Assembly (NCBI GenBank): GCA_003152105.1
Contig: PLZJ01000002.1
Location: 753,713 to 817,712, forward strand
Source of the DNA: Candidatus Levyibacteriota bacterium
Lineage (GTDB): Bacteria; Patescibacteriota; Microgenomatia; Levybacterales; UBA12049
Direction: 5' to 3'
DNA length: 64,000 nucleotides
The notes beneath the pieces were generated by a model. The model was not told where the DNA came from. It did not search any database and saw only the letters and a program-made list of their open reading frames with translations. The position numbers were made by a program, and so were the translations under genes. Positions 10,251-19,632 of the stretch are shown here, piece by piece. The first letter of the stretch is position 1. Each line of letters begins with the position of its first letter.

Positions 10251-10877
10251 TTACACTGTATTCTTTTTGGCTTGACGAATGTCCTTATCTTCAATAGTAC
10301 CATTTGAAGAGATTTTATACACATATACTTGGCCAGTACTTATTTCTAAATGAGCAATTTTATCATCAGGAATATGTTCTAAATATTTAACAATTGCACG
10401 TAGTGCATTACCTGAACTTACAACGAGTACATTATTTCCTTCCATAACTTGCTTTAGTATTGTGTCTTTAAAAAATGGTATTTCTCTTTCGTATACTTGT
10501 TTCAAGGATTCTCCCTCAGGTATAGGATAATCCCATGACCTTCGAAGAAGTAAAAAATTTTTTTCTCCAATCTCTTTTTCAATTTCCCATTTGTTTTTAC
10601 CGTTATAAACACCGTAGTTTCGCTCATTAATTCGCTTATCTACTATAGTTGGTAAATCTTTTTGTTTAATTTCTTTTTTAATCTCTTCTAATGTATCTAT
10701 TGCTCTTTTAAATACAGAAACGTAGGCTGTTGTAAAATGAATATCCTTCAATTCCTTTCCCGCACGTTTTGCTTCATCTATTCCGATTGAAGTTAACTCT
10801 GGATTATCCCATCCTGTCCACCAACCTTTTTGGTTATATGTCGATAAACCGTGTCTAACTAATACTAATAATCCCAT
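10251..10877 (-). CDS. gpmA: 2,3-bisphosphoglycerate-dependent phosphoglycerate mutase
   Basis: LVLVRHG.S.YN...TGW, ERNYG, RRSWD.P.P.GESL; directly downstream of enolase. Confidence 0.88.
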   Translation of the reverse strand: MGLLVLVRHGLSTYNQKGWWTGWDNPELTSIGIDEAKRAGKELKDIHFTTAYVSVFKRAIDTLEEIKKEIKQKDLPTIVDKRINERNYGVYNGKNKWEIEKEIGEKNFLLLRRSWDYPIPEGESLKQVYEREIPFFKDTILKQVMEGNNVLVVSSGNALRAIVKYLEHIPDDKIAHLEISTGQVYVYKISSNGTIEDKDIRQAKKNTV

Positions 10878-10885
10878 AAAATTAG

Positions 10886-12139
10886 TTACGCTTTGTGAAG
10901 CTCTGAATATATTTCGAGTAATCTATTATATTTTACGACTCTTTCACCTCTGGCAGGTGCACCAAATTTAGTAAAATCTGAATTCACGGCAATTGCAAGA
11001 TCAGCAATAAAATCATCTGTTGTTTCTCCACTCCTATGAGAGATTATTGTTTTTATATTATTTTTTTTAGCAAGTTCAATAACTTGTAAGGTTTCAGTTA
11101 CGGTTCCAATTTGATTTACTTTAATTATAACTCCTGTTATTGCCTTTGCATTAATTGCTTTTTGCAGTAATGTACTATTAGTTGAAATTATATCATCACC
11201 AATAATTACACAAGATGCAGGTAAGGTTTTAGTTATTTTTGCAAAACTATCAAAATCTTCTTCATAAAACGGGTCTTCGAAGTAACGAAGTGGGTATTTC
11301 TCATAAATTGATTTATAGAATACTAATAATTCTTCTGGGGTTATTTTTTTACTTTCACTTTTTAAGTTATATATACCGTCATCATAAAAACTTGAAGCAG
11401 CAACATCCATACCAATTTCTACATCTTTTTGGAACACATATCCTGCTTTTTTAATTGCGAGTAACAAATAGTCCAGAGCTTCGGTGTTTTTTGAAAAATT
11501 TGGCGCAAAGCCGCCTTCATCTCCTAGTAAATTACTGAAGCTATTTTCATGCAAAAGTTTTTTAAGTTGTGTATATATGGTTACTGCTTGTTCTAAGGCT
11601 TTTGGGAATATTTTAGTAGTGGGTAAAATCATGAATTCTTGAAAGTCAATATTTCCACCAGCATGCATTCCACCATTTAAGATATTAAAAGCAGAGATTG
11701 GTTGTTCATAAGAGTCGTTATGTGAAGTTAGATTTCGTAAATATTTGTATAATGGAATTTTTTGCTCTTGAGCAGATACTCTTGCTAGTGCTAAAGAAAC
11801 CGGCAATATTGCATTAGCTCCAAGTTTCGTTTTATTCTCAGTACCATCAAGTTTATTCATTAATAAATCTAGTTCATTTTGATAAGAAGGATCTTTTCCT
11901 ATTAATGATGGACCAATCACTTCGTTAACATTTTCTACTGCTTGCAGCACTCCTTTTCCACCATAAACTGATCGATTATTATCTCTTAATTCTAAAGCCT
12001 CGTGTATAGAAACAGATGCACCGCTTGGACAAGATGCAACCGCGTTTATGTTCGTATCTAATGAAATTGTAACTTCTACAGTAGGGGTGGCTCTACTATC
12101 TAGTATTTGTCTTGCATGTATCGAAGTTATTTTAGCCAT
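10886..12139 (-). CDS. eno: Enolase
   Basis: PSGAS...EALELRD, GDEGGFAP, DVAAS, EDP, GDD, KVNQIGT, SHRSGET, RVVKYNRL. Confidence 0.98.
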   Translation of the reverse strand: MAKITSIHARQILDSRATPTVEVTISLDTNINAVASCPSGASVSIHEALELRDNNRSVYGGKGVLQAVENVNEVIGPSLIGKDPSYQNELDLLMNKLDGTENKTKLGANAILPVSLALARVSAQEQKIPLYKYLRNLTSHNDSYEQPISAFNILNGGMHAGGNIDFQEFMILPTTKIFPKALEQAVTIYTQLKKLLHENSFSNLLGDEGGFAPNFSKNTEALDYLLLAIKKAGYVFQKDVEIGMDVAASSFYDDGIYNLKSESKKITPEELLVFYKSIYEKYPLRYFEDPFYEEDFDSFAKITKTLPASCVIIGDDIISTNSTLLQKAINAKAITGVIIKVNQIGTVTETLQVIELAKKNNIKTIISHRSGETTDDFIADLAIAVNSDFTKFGAPARGERVVKYNRLLEIYSELHKA

Positions 12140-14363
12140 TTTTATCTAACAATTTGTGTTCGTAACTTGCAATAACTCTTCGGGTTTGTTGTAAATCCTC
12201 AGGAGGAACAGTTATGCTTGATATTCCACATTGTACCATAAATTCAATTCCCGCTAATGAGGATACAGATGAGGAAATGTAACATGTTTCAATCTTATGT
12301 TTTTGAGCAACTTCAATGCCTTGCGATAATAACCAATTTGTTGACTTATTTTGATCTGAAAATCCTTGTGATAATTCTAAATTGTTTTTATCTATTCCAA
12401 ACATAAGTGAGGATAATGTTGCAACATCAAAACTAACCCCATCGAGTCCAGAAGAAACGAACATATCCAACTCAGCGATATTTGCTGGAAGCTGTGCCAA
12501 TAGCCATATTTTGAATAATGGAGAACTTTGTAATCCATTTGCATAAAGAAGTTTTTTAATTGATTGAAATTCAGAAACTGTTCTTACAAAGGGCAGAAGA
12601 ACTCCGATATTTTTACCTGTTGCTCTTTTTCTAATTTCCTTAATTACATCGATTTCAATTTTTAACAAAATATTGTCATCCAAATAGCGAAGAGCACCTC
12701 TGTAGCCTAAAAATGGATTTTCTTCTACTTCTTCATATGCTTTTCCAAAAGAAAGAGTTCTAAGCTGTGAAGAAGTGAATTCAGAGAATTTATATAAAAC
12801 AGGCATGGGATAATATTGATCGCATAGATTTTGTAAGGTTTTTACCATTGTATTGATAATCACATTTCGATTCTCCTTTTTAAAAAGCTGTTTTGGATGA
12901 AGATTATATTGTTTAAAAAAGATTTCTCCATAAATAATACCGACTCCATCTGCATAAGGAACTGTTTCTTTATGAAAATCAGTTTTAGTTGATATAGTTG
13001 TAAGTAGTTTAGTAGCAGTTATCGAGTGACTTTTCGATAATTTACTAAAGTCAGCACTACCATGATAAACAGTGCCTTTTTGACCATCTACAAGCACTGC
13101 TTGACCAGTTTTTAGAATATCGAGTGCATTTTCAGAATTGGCGATGACAGGTACACCAATTTGTTTAAATAACAATTGAGTACTTGGAGAAGCTGCTTCT
13201 TCTACAATAATTGCATTTGCTTTCTTTAATACACTTGCAGTTTCTAAATCTATTTTTTGCGTTACTAACACATCACCTTGCTTTACTAAAGGTAAATCTT
13301 TTTTATTTTTAATAACTCGAACATTTCCTTTAATTATTCCAACTCCATGAGGAGTACCAACAAGGAGGGGTTTAAACGCATCATGCATGTCAGTTTTGCC
13401 AGTATTTTCAGATAGTTCTCTTGTGTTTAGAAGAAACAGTTTATTGTCTTCATACGCAAAAAAAGCTTCTTGTGGAAAGTAAAAGTGTTTTTCTAACTTT
13501 TTTGCCAGTAGCGCCACTTCAATAATTTGTTTATCGCTTAATTTTTGCTCATAGCTTTCCTCGGCTGTGAGGGTATTAATTTTTGTATGGGTGCCAATAG
13601 TTGACTGCATAACTTCTTGATTTGCAATTCTTTTTGTTTTAATTTCTAGCGATAACTTATCAACCTCATAATAATCGGTTTTTTCACCATGTAATATGTA
13701 TCCAGGTAGTCCATATGCTGCTTCTATGAGTATAAGCTTTTTATTGCTACTATCTGGATCTTTGGTAAATAGTCTTCCTGAAATATCAGCGTTTATTGAT
13801 GCTTGAACAATTGAAGCAAGAGAAAGTGTTTTGTAAGAGACTTTTTCTTCATTCATTCGAAGTAACATTGATGTATCAAAAAGTTTGGCAAAGCTTTCTT
13901 TAATTCTTTGCAGTAGGTTTGCATCACCAACAATTTGCATAAAACTACTGGTAGAATCTGATAGACGAAAAAGAGTATTTCTGTTGCCAATTGAAGCTGA
14001 TATAACATTAACCGATGGCAATGAATGCTGAGTATGAATTTTTTTGTATGCTTTAATTATCGATTCTGCTAATTCTTCCGGATAGGATGAATACAAAATA
14101 ATTTTTTTAATTGCTTGTGATACTTGCTCAACTGAGGAATGATCGGAATAGGTTATTGTTGATAGAAGATTATCAATTTTGGGTTTAAGCTTATTACTTT
14201 CAATAAACGTAAACCAAGCTGCAGTTGTTATAACAAACGCATTTGGCACGGTAATATCTGAAGCAAGCATACTTGCAAGGTGTAATCCATAAGTACCGGT
14301 CAGTTCTACGTCTTCTTTATCAATTTCTTTTAGCCACAATACAAATGGCTGTTTGGACAGCAT
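12132..14363 (-). CDS. PEP synthase (PpsA)-like protein with degenerate catalytic motifs
   Basis: Full three-domain PpsA layout (ATP-grasp, swivel, PEP-binding barrel with EENPFLGYRG), but the phospho-His motif and other catalytic signatures are altered. Confidence 0.85.
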   Translation of the reverse strand: MLSKQPFVLWLKEIDKEDVELTGTYGLHLASMLASDITVPNAFVITTAAWFTFIESNKLKPKIDNLLSTITYSDHSSVEQVSQAIKKIILYSSYPEELAESIIKAYKKIHTQHSLPSVNVISASIGNRNTLFRLSDSTSSFMQIVGDANLLQRIKESFAKLFDTSMLLRMNEEKVSYKTLSLASIVQASINADISGRLFTKDPDSSNKKLILIEAAYGLPGYILHGEKTDYYEVDKLSLEIKTKRIANQEVMQSTIGTHTKINTLTAEESYEQKLSDKQIIEVALLAKKLEKHFYFPQEAFFAYEDNKLFLLNTRELSENTGKTDMHDAFKPLLVGTPHGVGIIKGNVRVIKNKKDLPLVKQGDVLVTQKIDLETASVLKKANAIIVEEAASPSTQLLFKQIGVPVIANSENALDILKTGQAVLVDGQKGTVYHGSADFSKLSKSHSITATKLLTTISTKTDFHKETVPYADGVGIIYGEIFFKQYNLHPKQLFKKENRNVIINTMVKTLQNLCDQYYPMPVLYKFSEFTSSQLRTLSFGKAYEEVEENPFLGYRGALRYLDDNILLKIEIDVIKEIRKRATGKNIGVLLPFVRTVSEFQSIKKLLYANGLQSSPLFKIWLLAQLPANIAELDMFVSSGLDGVSFDVATLSSLMFGIDKNNLELSQGFSDQNKSTNWLLSQGIEVAQKHKIETCYISSSVSSLAGIEFMVQCGISSITVPPEDLQQTRRVIASYEHKLLDKNG

Positions 14364-14420
14364 ACAATTATTATCTAGACTTTTACTAGTTTCTGCAAGT
14401 GTTATTTATAGAAAACTTGC

Positions 14421-14449
14421 TTGACATGAGTAATGTATATTTATACAAT
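14421..14449 (+). promoter_or_regulatory. Leaderless-type promoter of the response regulator
   Basis: TTGACA-17-TACAAT, 6 nt before ATG 14456. Confidence 0.7.
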
Positions 14450-14455
14450 CAGTTT

Positions 14456-14881
14456 ATGGAACCACAACCTAAAAAGATCTTAGTTGTAGAAGACGACGTC
14501 TTTTTAAGTGAAATTTATGTCGATACATTAACAAAAGAGGGATATAATATCGACCGAGCAATTGATGGTGAACAGGCAACACAAAAAATAAAACAAGGTG
14601 GATATGATTTAATACTTCTTGATATCATTATGCCAAAAATGGATGGCATTTCAGTAATGGAAAACTTAAAACAAGATCCTAGTTTTAAGTTAACCTGTCC
14701 GCTTGTATTTTTAACTAACTTGGATAATGAAGAGCAAATGAAAAAAGCATTATCTTTAGGAAACGGCTATTTAATTAAAAGCCTTATGACACCTGGTGAT
14801 TTAGTAACTGAAGTCAAACAATATCTTTCAATGCAATTTGCCCCTCTTACGCAGACGCCACCAACGACACAACAGAATTAG
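14456..14881 (+). CDS. Single-domain response regulator (receiver)
   Basis: KILVVEDD, DLILLDIIMPKMDG, FLTN, YLIK; no output domain. Confidence 0.93.
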   Translation: MEPQPKKILVVEDDVFLSEIYVDTLTKEGYNIDRAIDGEQATQKIKQGGYDLILLDIIMPKMDGISVMENLKQDPSFKLTCPLVFLTNLDNEEQMKKALSLGNGYLIKSLMTPGDLVTEVKQYLSMQFAPLTQTPPTTQQN

Positions 14882-16298
14882 TTATTGGAAATGTGCTTGC
14901 TTCAATCGTTTTTTGATCTTTTACTATTTTTAGACTAAACGAAAAAGTCGAACCTTTATCAATTTCTGAATTTACCCAAATTTTGCCTCCATGCATTTCA
15001 ATAATTGATTTAGTAATATATAATCCGAGACCAGTTCCTTCCATAGTAATCTTTGTTAAATAACTATCTCCAACACTGCTAAATTTTTGGAATAATTTAT
15101 CAAGATCTTCTTTTGTCATACCTTTTCCTGTATCGGTAAGATTTGTAATAATCATATCGTTTTCAATTTTAAAGGAAACAGTAATTGAACCACCAGGAGG
15201 AGTGAATTTAATTGAATTACCTGCTAAATTAATAAATACTTCTTTCATTTTATCTGGATCTGCCATAACTTGTATATTTTCTGCTCCACTTGCATCGACA
15301 TGTAGCGTAATTTGCTGACCAGATGCAAAAGGAGTAAGTTCTGTAAATGTGTCTTGTGCAAGTTTAGCTAAGTTAATTTCTTTTTGACGTATAACATAAC
15401 GACCAGCTTCAATTCTTGATACATTTAACATATCATTTACTAGATTAATTAATCTATTCGTAGCATCTAAGGCATGCTCAAGATAGGTAGTATCTTTTTC
15501 ACTTGGACTGCCATTCTTTTTATTCTCGAGATACATCCACAAATATGATTTTATAGCTGTCATTGGAGTTCGGAGTTCATGTGATGCTAAAGAAACAAAC
15601 TCATCTTTCATTTTATCAAGTTGTTTTAAGCGATCATTAGCATCCTCAATAGATTTATATAAAAGTGTATTGTCTAAAGAAATGCCAATAACACTACTTA
15701 GTCGCTTAATTAAATCTTGTGAATAAATATCAATAGATGCTTCATCTTGTGCCAAACTTATAATTAATATACCAAAACATTGACCACGAATTACAAGTGG
15801 ATATACTACCGTTGATTTAATTTGAAGAATCGAAGCAAATGTATCAATATTTTTTTTATTTTCAAAAGTAGCAAATACATCTAAAAGCGTATTTGTAATA
15901 TATGCCCGTTTAGTTCCTAATGCTTTAACGAGAAGATTATTGGTACTTGAAAAAGGCATAGAAGTAACATAAATAGGTAATACGTCATTTAACTTAGCTT
16001 GAATTTGCTCATCTAAATGAGAAAAAGCTATTTGCTCTAAAGAATTTAATTTAGAATTTGATAAATATATTGAAGCTGTTACAAAATCGGAATTTTCTAT
16101 TACCGCATCTACAATACTTTTTGCAACCTGCATGACATCTGTTATGGAGTTAAGTGTAATTTCATCAATCTTTCTAAGCAAAGTTAATGTTTTATTTGTT
16201 TGAGATAACTCATAATTTTTTTTATACATTTCTTCTGTAATATGAGTTAAATCATTAGCTACAGAATTATCAGATTTTGAAGAATTATTGGGATCCAT
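14847..16298 (-). CDS. Cytoplasmic GAF-domain sensor histidine kinase
   Basis: GAF (VYPLVIRGQCFGILI), H-box FVSLASHELRTP, N-box NLAGNSIKF, DTGKG, GTGLGL; no TM segment. Confidence 0.93.
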   Translation of the reverse strand: MDPNNSSKSDNSVANDLTHITEEMYKKNYELSQTNKTLTLLRKIDEITLNSITDVMQVAKSIVDAVIENSDFVTASIYLSNSKLNSLEQIAFSHLDEQIQAKLNDVLPIYVTSMPFSSTNNLLVKALGTKRAYITNTLLDVFATFENKKNIDTFASILQIKSTVVYPLVIRGQCFGILIISLAQDEASIDIYSQDLIKRLSSVIGISLDNTLLYKSIEDANDRLKQLDKMKDEFVSLASHELRTPMTAIKSYLWMYLENKKNGSPSEKDTTYLEHALDATNRLINLVNDMLNVSRIEAGRYVIRQKEINLAKLAQDTFTELTPFASGQQITLHVDASGAENIQVMADPDKMKEVFINLAGNSIKFTPPGGSITVSFKIENDMIITNLTDTGKGMTKEDLDKLFQKFSSVGDSYLTKITMEGTGLGLYITKSIIEMHGGKIWVNSEIDKGSTFSFSLKIVKDQKTIEASTFPITNSVVSLVASA

Positions 16299-16321
16299 TA
16301 TTTAATTATATACTTAAGAAT

Positions 16322-16600
16322 TTATTTGAGTAAAGATGGCACTTGCTCTTGAGGTAACTTTGAAAGAATATCTTTTGCAGCATGCCTACAAACTTCTACT
16401 GAGGTCTGTCCAAAAATAATTTCGTATTTTGCGACCAATTTTTCAAGAATTTCTTTTTCATTTCCTGTTAATGCTACCTCATTATTGCTTACATTAATCT
16501 TTAAGCCAGATATTTTTTGAGCTTGTTCTAACGCAATAGGTCCTATTATGCCCTCTTGAGCTTTTATTATTTTTAATACTGCTTGTGAATATACATCCAT
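16322..16600 (-). CDS. Small soluble hypothetical protein (92 aa)
   Basis: Compact helical ORF (IIKAQEGIIGPIALEQA...LVAKYEIIFGQTSVEVC), 1 nt downstream of the membrane-protein gene. Confidence 0.8.
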   Translation of the reverse strand: MDVYSQAVLKIIKAQEGIIGPIALEQAQKISGLKINVSNNEVALTGNEKEILEKLVAKYEIIFGQTSVEVCRHAAKDILSKLPQEQVPSLLK

Positions 16601-16601
16601 A

Positions 16602-17426
16602 TTATGACTCCCTATATTCCTTTAAAGCGGTAAATAGTTGAAAAATTCCAAAACCAAGTAAAGTGTAAGAAACGGCATATATATAATCTAAAATACTTCC
16701 AGGATAATAAGTATTTTGAAAAATAACAAAACAATATTCAGCTAAAAATTGAGCCACAAACGCTATAATTATAAATAGTATTTTACTTCGCATTAATCCT
16801 CCAAGGCTATTTCTAGTAAGTGAATAAGTTAGTAGTGCAATAGAAATATAAATTATCGGACCTGTTGGATAACCATAATTTAGAAATGTTTCAACAGGGT
16901 GCTTAAAATCTATAGAATAATTTTTTAAAACGAGCCAGTAAGAAACTACCAAAATTATTAGAGGAATAAAAATAACTTGTACTTTAGAACTTATTGAGTT
17001 TAAGGAAAATCTTACACCTGAAGCTTCTGCTAATAAGATTATGCCATAAATATAAAAAGGGATAGTACCAAAAAAACCAATATCTCCAATTGAAGGATAC
17101 GGTACAGCTATATGTAATACAAAAATATAATAACTATATGCAAGTTGTCCAAATTCTTGAAATAGTAAGCCAAATGAAAACATGATTATGGCTCTTCCCA
17201 TTAAACTTCTCCAACCACCCCATGATTTGGCAATAGAGAATCCAAATAATGCTGACCATGCAGCTATTACGCCATATAAATTGCCGAAATACCCAAAAGC
17301 AGAGAAAGGATTTTCACTTTGACTCTTATTTAGAAAAAAGGTTAAATAAAGCCACCAAATACTAAAGAAAATAAATAAACCCACTAATACTTTTGCTGGC
17401 CAATAATATTTTATAGTTTTTAACAT
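16602..17426 (-). CDS. Stand-alone multi-TM (7-8 TM) sensor-like membrane protein
   Basis: Successive hydrophobic helices; PYPSIGDIGFFGTIPFY resembles the P.PS.AD...L motif of membrane sensor domains usually fused to kinases or cyclases. Confidence 0.75.
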   Translation of the reverse strand: MLKTIKYYWPAKVLVGLFIFFSIWWLYLTFFLNKSQSENPFSAFGYFGNLYGVIAAWSALFGFSIAKSWGGWRSLMGRAIIMFSFGLLFQEFGQLAYSYYIFVLHIAVPYPSIGDIGFFGTIPFYIYGIILLAEASGVRFSLNSISSKVQVIFIPLIILVVSYWLVLKNYSIDFKHPVETFLNYGYPTGPIIYISIALLTYSLTRNSLGGLMRSKILFIIIAFVAQFLAEYCFVIFQNTYYPGSILDYIYAVSYTLLGFGIFQLFTALKEYRES

Positions 17427-17498
17427 ATAGTACTATATAAGCAAAGCACAGTATGCATAACTTGTCAATATTCATCCTAATCGGTTACAATAAATAAA

Positions 17499-18461
17499 AT
17501 GATTGACACAATTGATCCTGACAATCAACTTGCAATAAACAATTTAAACAACAAATATCCAGAATTCCCAAACTCCAAAAAATTGGAATTCCAGGACAAA
17601 GAGTTAATAGAAAAACTCTTACTTAACTTTCCACCCTATTCTGATTTTAACTTTTTAAGTTTATGGAGCTATAACACAAAGGATGATATAGAATTTTCAA
17701 TACATAACAATAATATAATTTGTAAAATGAGAGACTATATCACTGGCGAATTTTTTTATACGTTTGCTGGATCAAATTCTCCATTTTCAACAATAGAAAC
17801 AATATTTAAATACTTACAAGAACATAAATTACCGTTACTTTTAAAGATAGTTCCGGAAACAAGTATTGACCAAATCCAAGTAAAGCAGAGATTTAATATT
17901 ATTGAGGATAGAGATCAATTTGATTATATTTACTCTATTGAGGGCTTCGCGAACTTAAAAGGAGGAGATAATGTTAAAATTCGAAATTATTGCAATAGAT
18001 TTAAAGAACTTTATTCAACTATTAACCAAAAAACTTTAGATCTATCTAATTTAAACGATCAAGTAATTTTTTTATCAATATTTGACAGATGGAGACAATT
18101 TAAAAATCAAGATAAAGAAGCAATTACCGAAAGACTTGCCCTAGAAAGACTTTTTCAAATATCAAGTCAGGTTGATAATTTATATAATATTGTATTGTAT
18201 GACGTTGATAAGCCAATAGGTTTTTTTATCGGGGAACAATGTAAATCAGAATATGCGATCAGCCATTTTGCTAAAGCTGATTCTCAAAATTACCATGGCA
18301 TCTATGCTTACTTATATCATAAATCTTCAATGGATTTATTCAATCTTGGTTATAAATATGTTAATTATGAGCAAGATTTAGGCATTCCAGGGTTAAGAAG
18401 ATCCAAAGAGCAAATGCACCCTGTTTACTTTTTAAAAAAGTATTCTATTTCACCTTCTTAG
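17499..18461 (+). CDS. DUF2156 / aminoacyl-phosphatidylglycerol-synthase C-terminal-like (tRNA-dependent GNAT) protein
   Basis: SDFNFLSLWS, DRDQFDYIY...L.G, HFAKAD, YVNYEQDLGIPGLRRSK..MHP. Confidence 0.85.
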   Translation: MIDTIDPDNQLAINNLNNKYPEFPNSKKLEFQDKELIEKLLLNFPPYSDFNFLSLWSYNTKDDIEFSIHNNNIICKMRDYITGEFFYTFAGSNSPFSTIETIFKYLQEHKLPLLLKIVPETSIDQIQVKQRFNIIEDRDQFDYIYSIEGFANLKGGDNVKIRNYCNRFKELYSTINQKTLDLSNLNDQVIFLSIFDRWRQFKNQDKEAITERLALERLFQISSQVDNLYNIVLYDVDKPIGFFIGEQCKSEYAISHFAKADSQNYHGIYAYLYHKSSMDLFNLGYKYVNYEQDLGIPGLRRSKEQMHPVYFLKKYSISPS

Positions 18462-19056
18462 TTATTGTATTTTTCTTTTTAAATAAAATTCCAATTTTGT
18501 ATTGTACTAAAACATAAACTAATACGTTTATTATTAAATAATATAAAGGGAAAGTAATGTTAGCGAAGTTAGAGTTTTTTATAGTTAACAAAGTAATAAA
18601 ACCACTAGATCCAGCCGCTAGCCATGGCCAAGCACTTTCAGTTTGTGGTTTATTGTATGATTTTACAAGTGTTGGCACATATGCTGCTGCGTCAGCTAGA
18701 ATACTAAACATAATTGCTATGTTGCCATTGTTGGTAATATACCAAAGTATAATTCCAAGTATCGAAAAAAATGCACAAATAATATCTAACTTTTGAATTT
18801 TTGCATAGGATTTCTTGTTAATAAAAGTGGCTAAGAACACAAAAAAGGGAATTAATCCTACACTTAGGGGCATTATTGCTTGAAATCCTACTCCCTGATT
18901 TAACTCTGCAAAAAATGTAATAATAGGAGGAATTGACCAAAGAAAAAAAGATACTCTGTTTGGTTGAATTTTACCTTTTATCGTATCATTTACATAACTA
19001 ATAAATCCAAGAAGGTTTAGAGCAATGCCAACATAAATGAAATTGGGGTTTAACAT
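18445..19056 (-). CDS. Multi-TM membrane protein, PQ-loop/MtN3-like
   Basis: About 7 TM with an internal repeat (SYVNDTIKGKIQPNRVSFFLW / YVPTLVKSYNKPQTESAWPW). Confidence 0.7.
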   Translation of the reverse strand: MLNPNFIYVGIALNLLGFISYVNDTIKGKIQPNRVSFFLWSIPPIITFFAELNQGVGFQAIMPLSVGLIPFFVFLATFINKKSYAKIQKLDIICAFFSILGIILWYITNNGNIAIMFSILADAAAYVPTLVKSYNKPQTESAWPWLAAGSSGFITLLTIKNSNFANITFPLYYLIINVLVYVLVQYKIGILFKKKNTITKKVK

Positions 19057-19093
19057 AAAATGAATGCTATATATTGAATACTAACTCATCAAT

Positions 19094-19582
19094 TTACCAT
19101 TCATCTGCCCTGTATACTGCCATAACCAGTGCACAAGTTGGAGAGTTTTTTACATGAGCCGAGATAATTTGCATTTGTAGTCTCCTTGGATGAAATTGAA
19201 TATTTCTAGTCTTACATAAATCAATTAATGAATTAGTAATATCAGTTTTAAGGACTGCATCGACAATACGCATAGATTGGCCTTCAATTTCGTGTTCAAC
19301 AAAGAGTCCGCTACCATCTTCTAATTGATACCAGCCTATTCCAGCCCCCACTGCTTTTCCAGCATGATCACTTCTTTTTTCGGCTTTTACAACATAAAGT
19401 CTATGACCGAATTCATTTTCTTGTGTTTTATATTTGGCTATTTTAATTTCAGACCCGACAGGAATTATTGAAGAAAGGGGGATAATATTATAATTTGCCA
19501 CTCCAGCAGTATTTAATGCGGCATCAAAAGAAGAAAGTAACGTTTTTCCATAACCAATTCCTTTTGTAACGGTAATAATCAT
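19094..19582 (-). CDS. pdaD: Pyruvoyl-dependent arginine decarboxylase
   Basis: LSSFDAAL..AGVANYNIIPLSSIIP with Ser-Ser self-cleavage site; G.GLFVEH. Confidence 0.9.
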   Translation of the reverse strand: MIITVTKGIGYGKTLLSSFDAALNTAGVANYNIIPLSSIIPVGSEIKIAKYKTQENEFGHRLYVVKAEKRSDHAGKAVGAGIGWYQLEDGSGLFVEHEIEGQSMRIVDAVLKTDITNSLIDLCKTRNIQFHPRRLQMQIISAHVKNSPTCALVMAVYRADEW

Positions 19583-19632
19583 TTAAATAATTTCGTAATT
19601 CTAATTATCTATATAGTTCAAATCTTTGTCAA

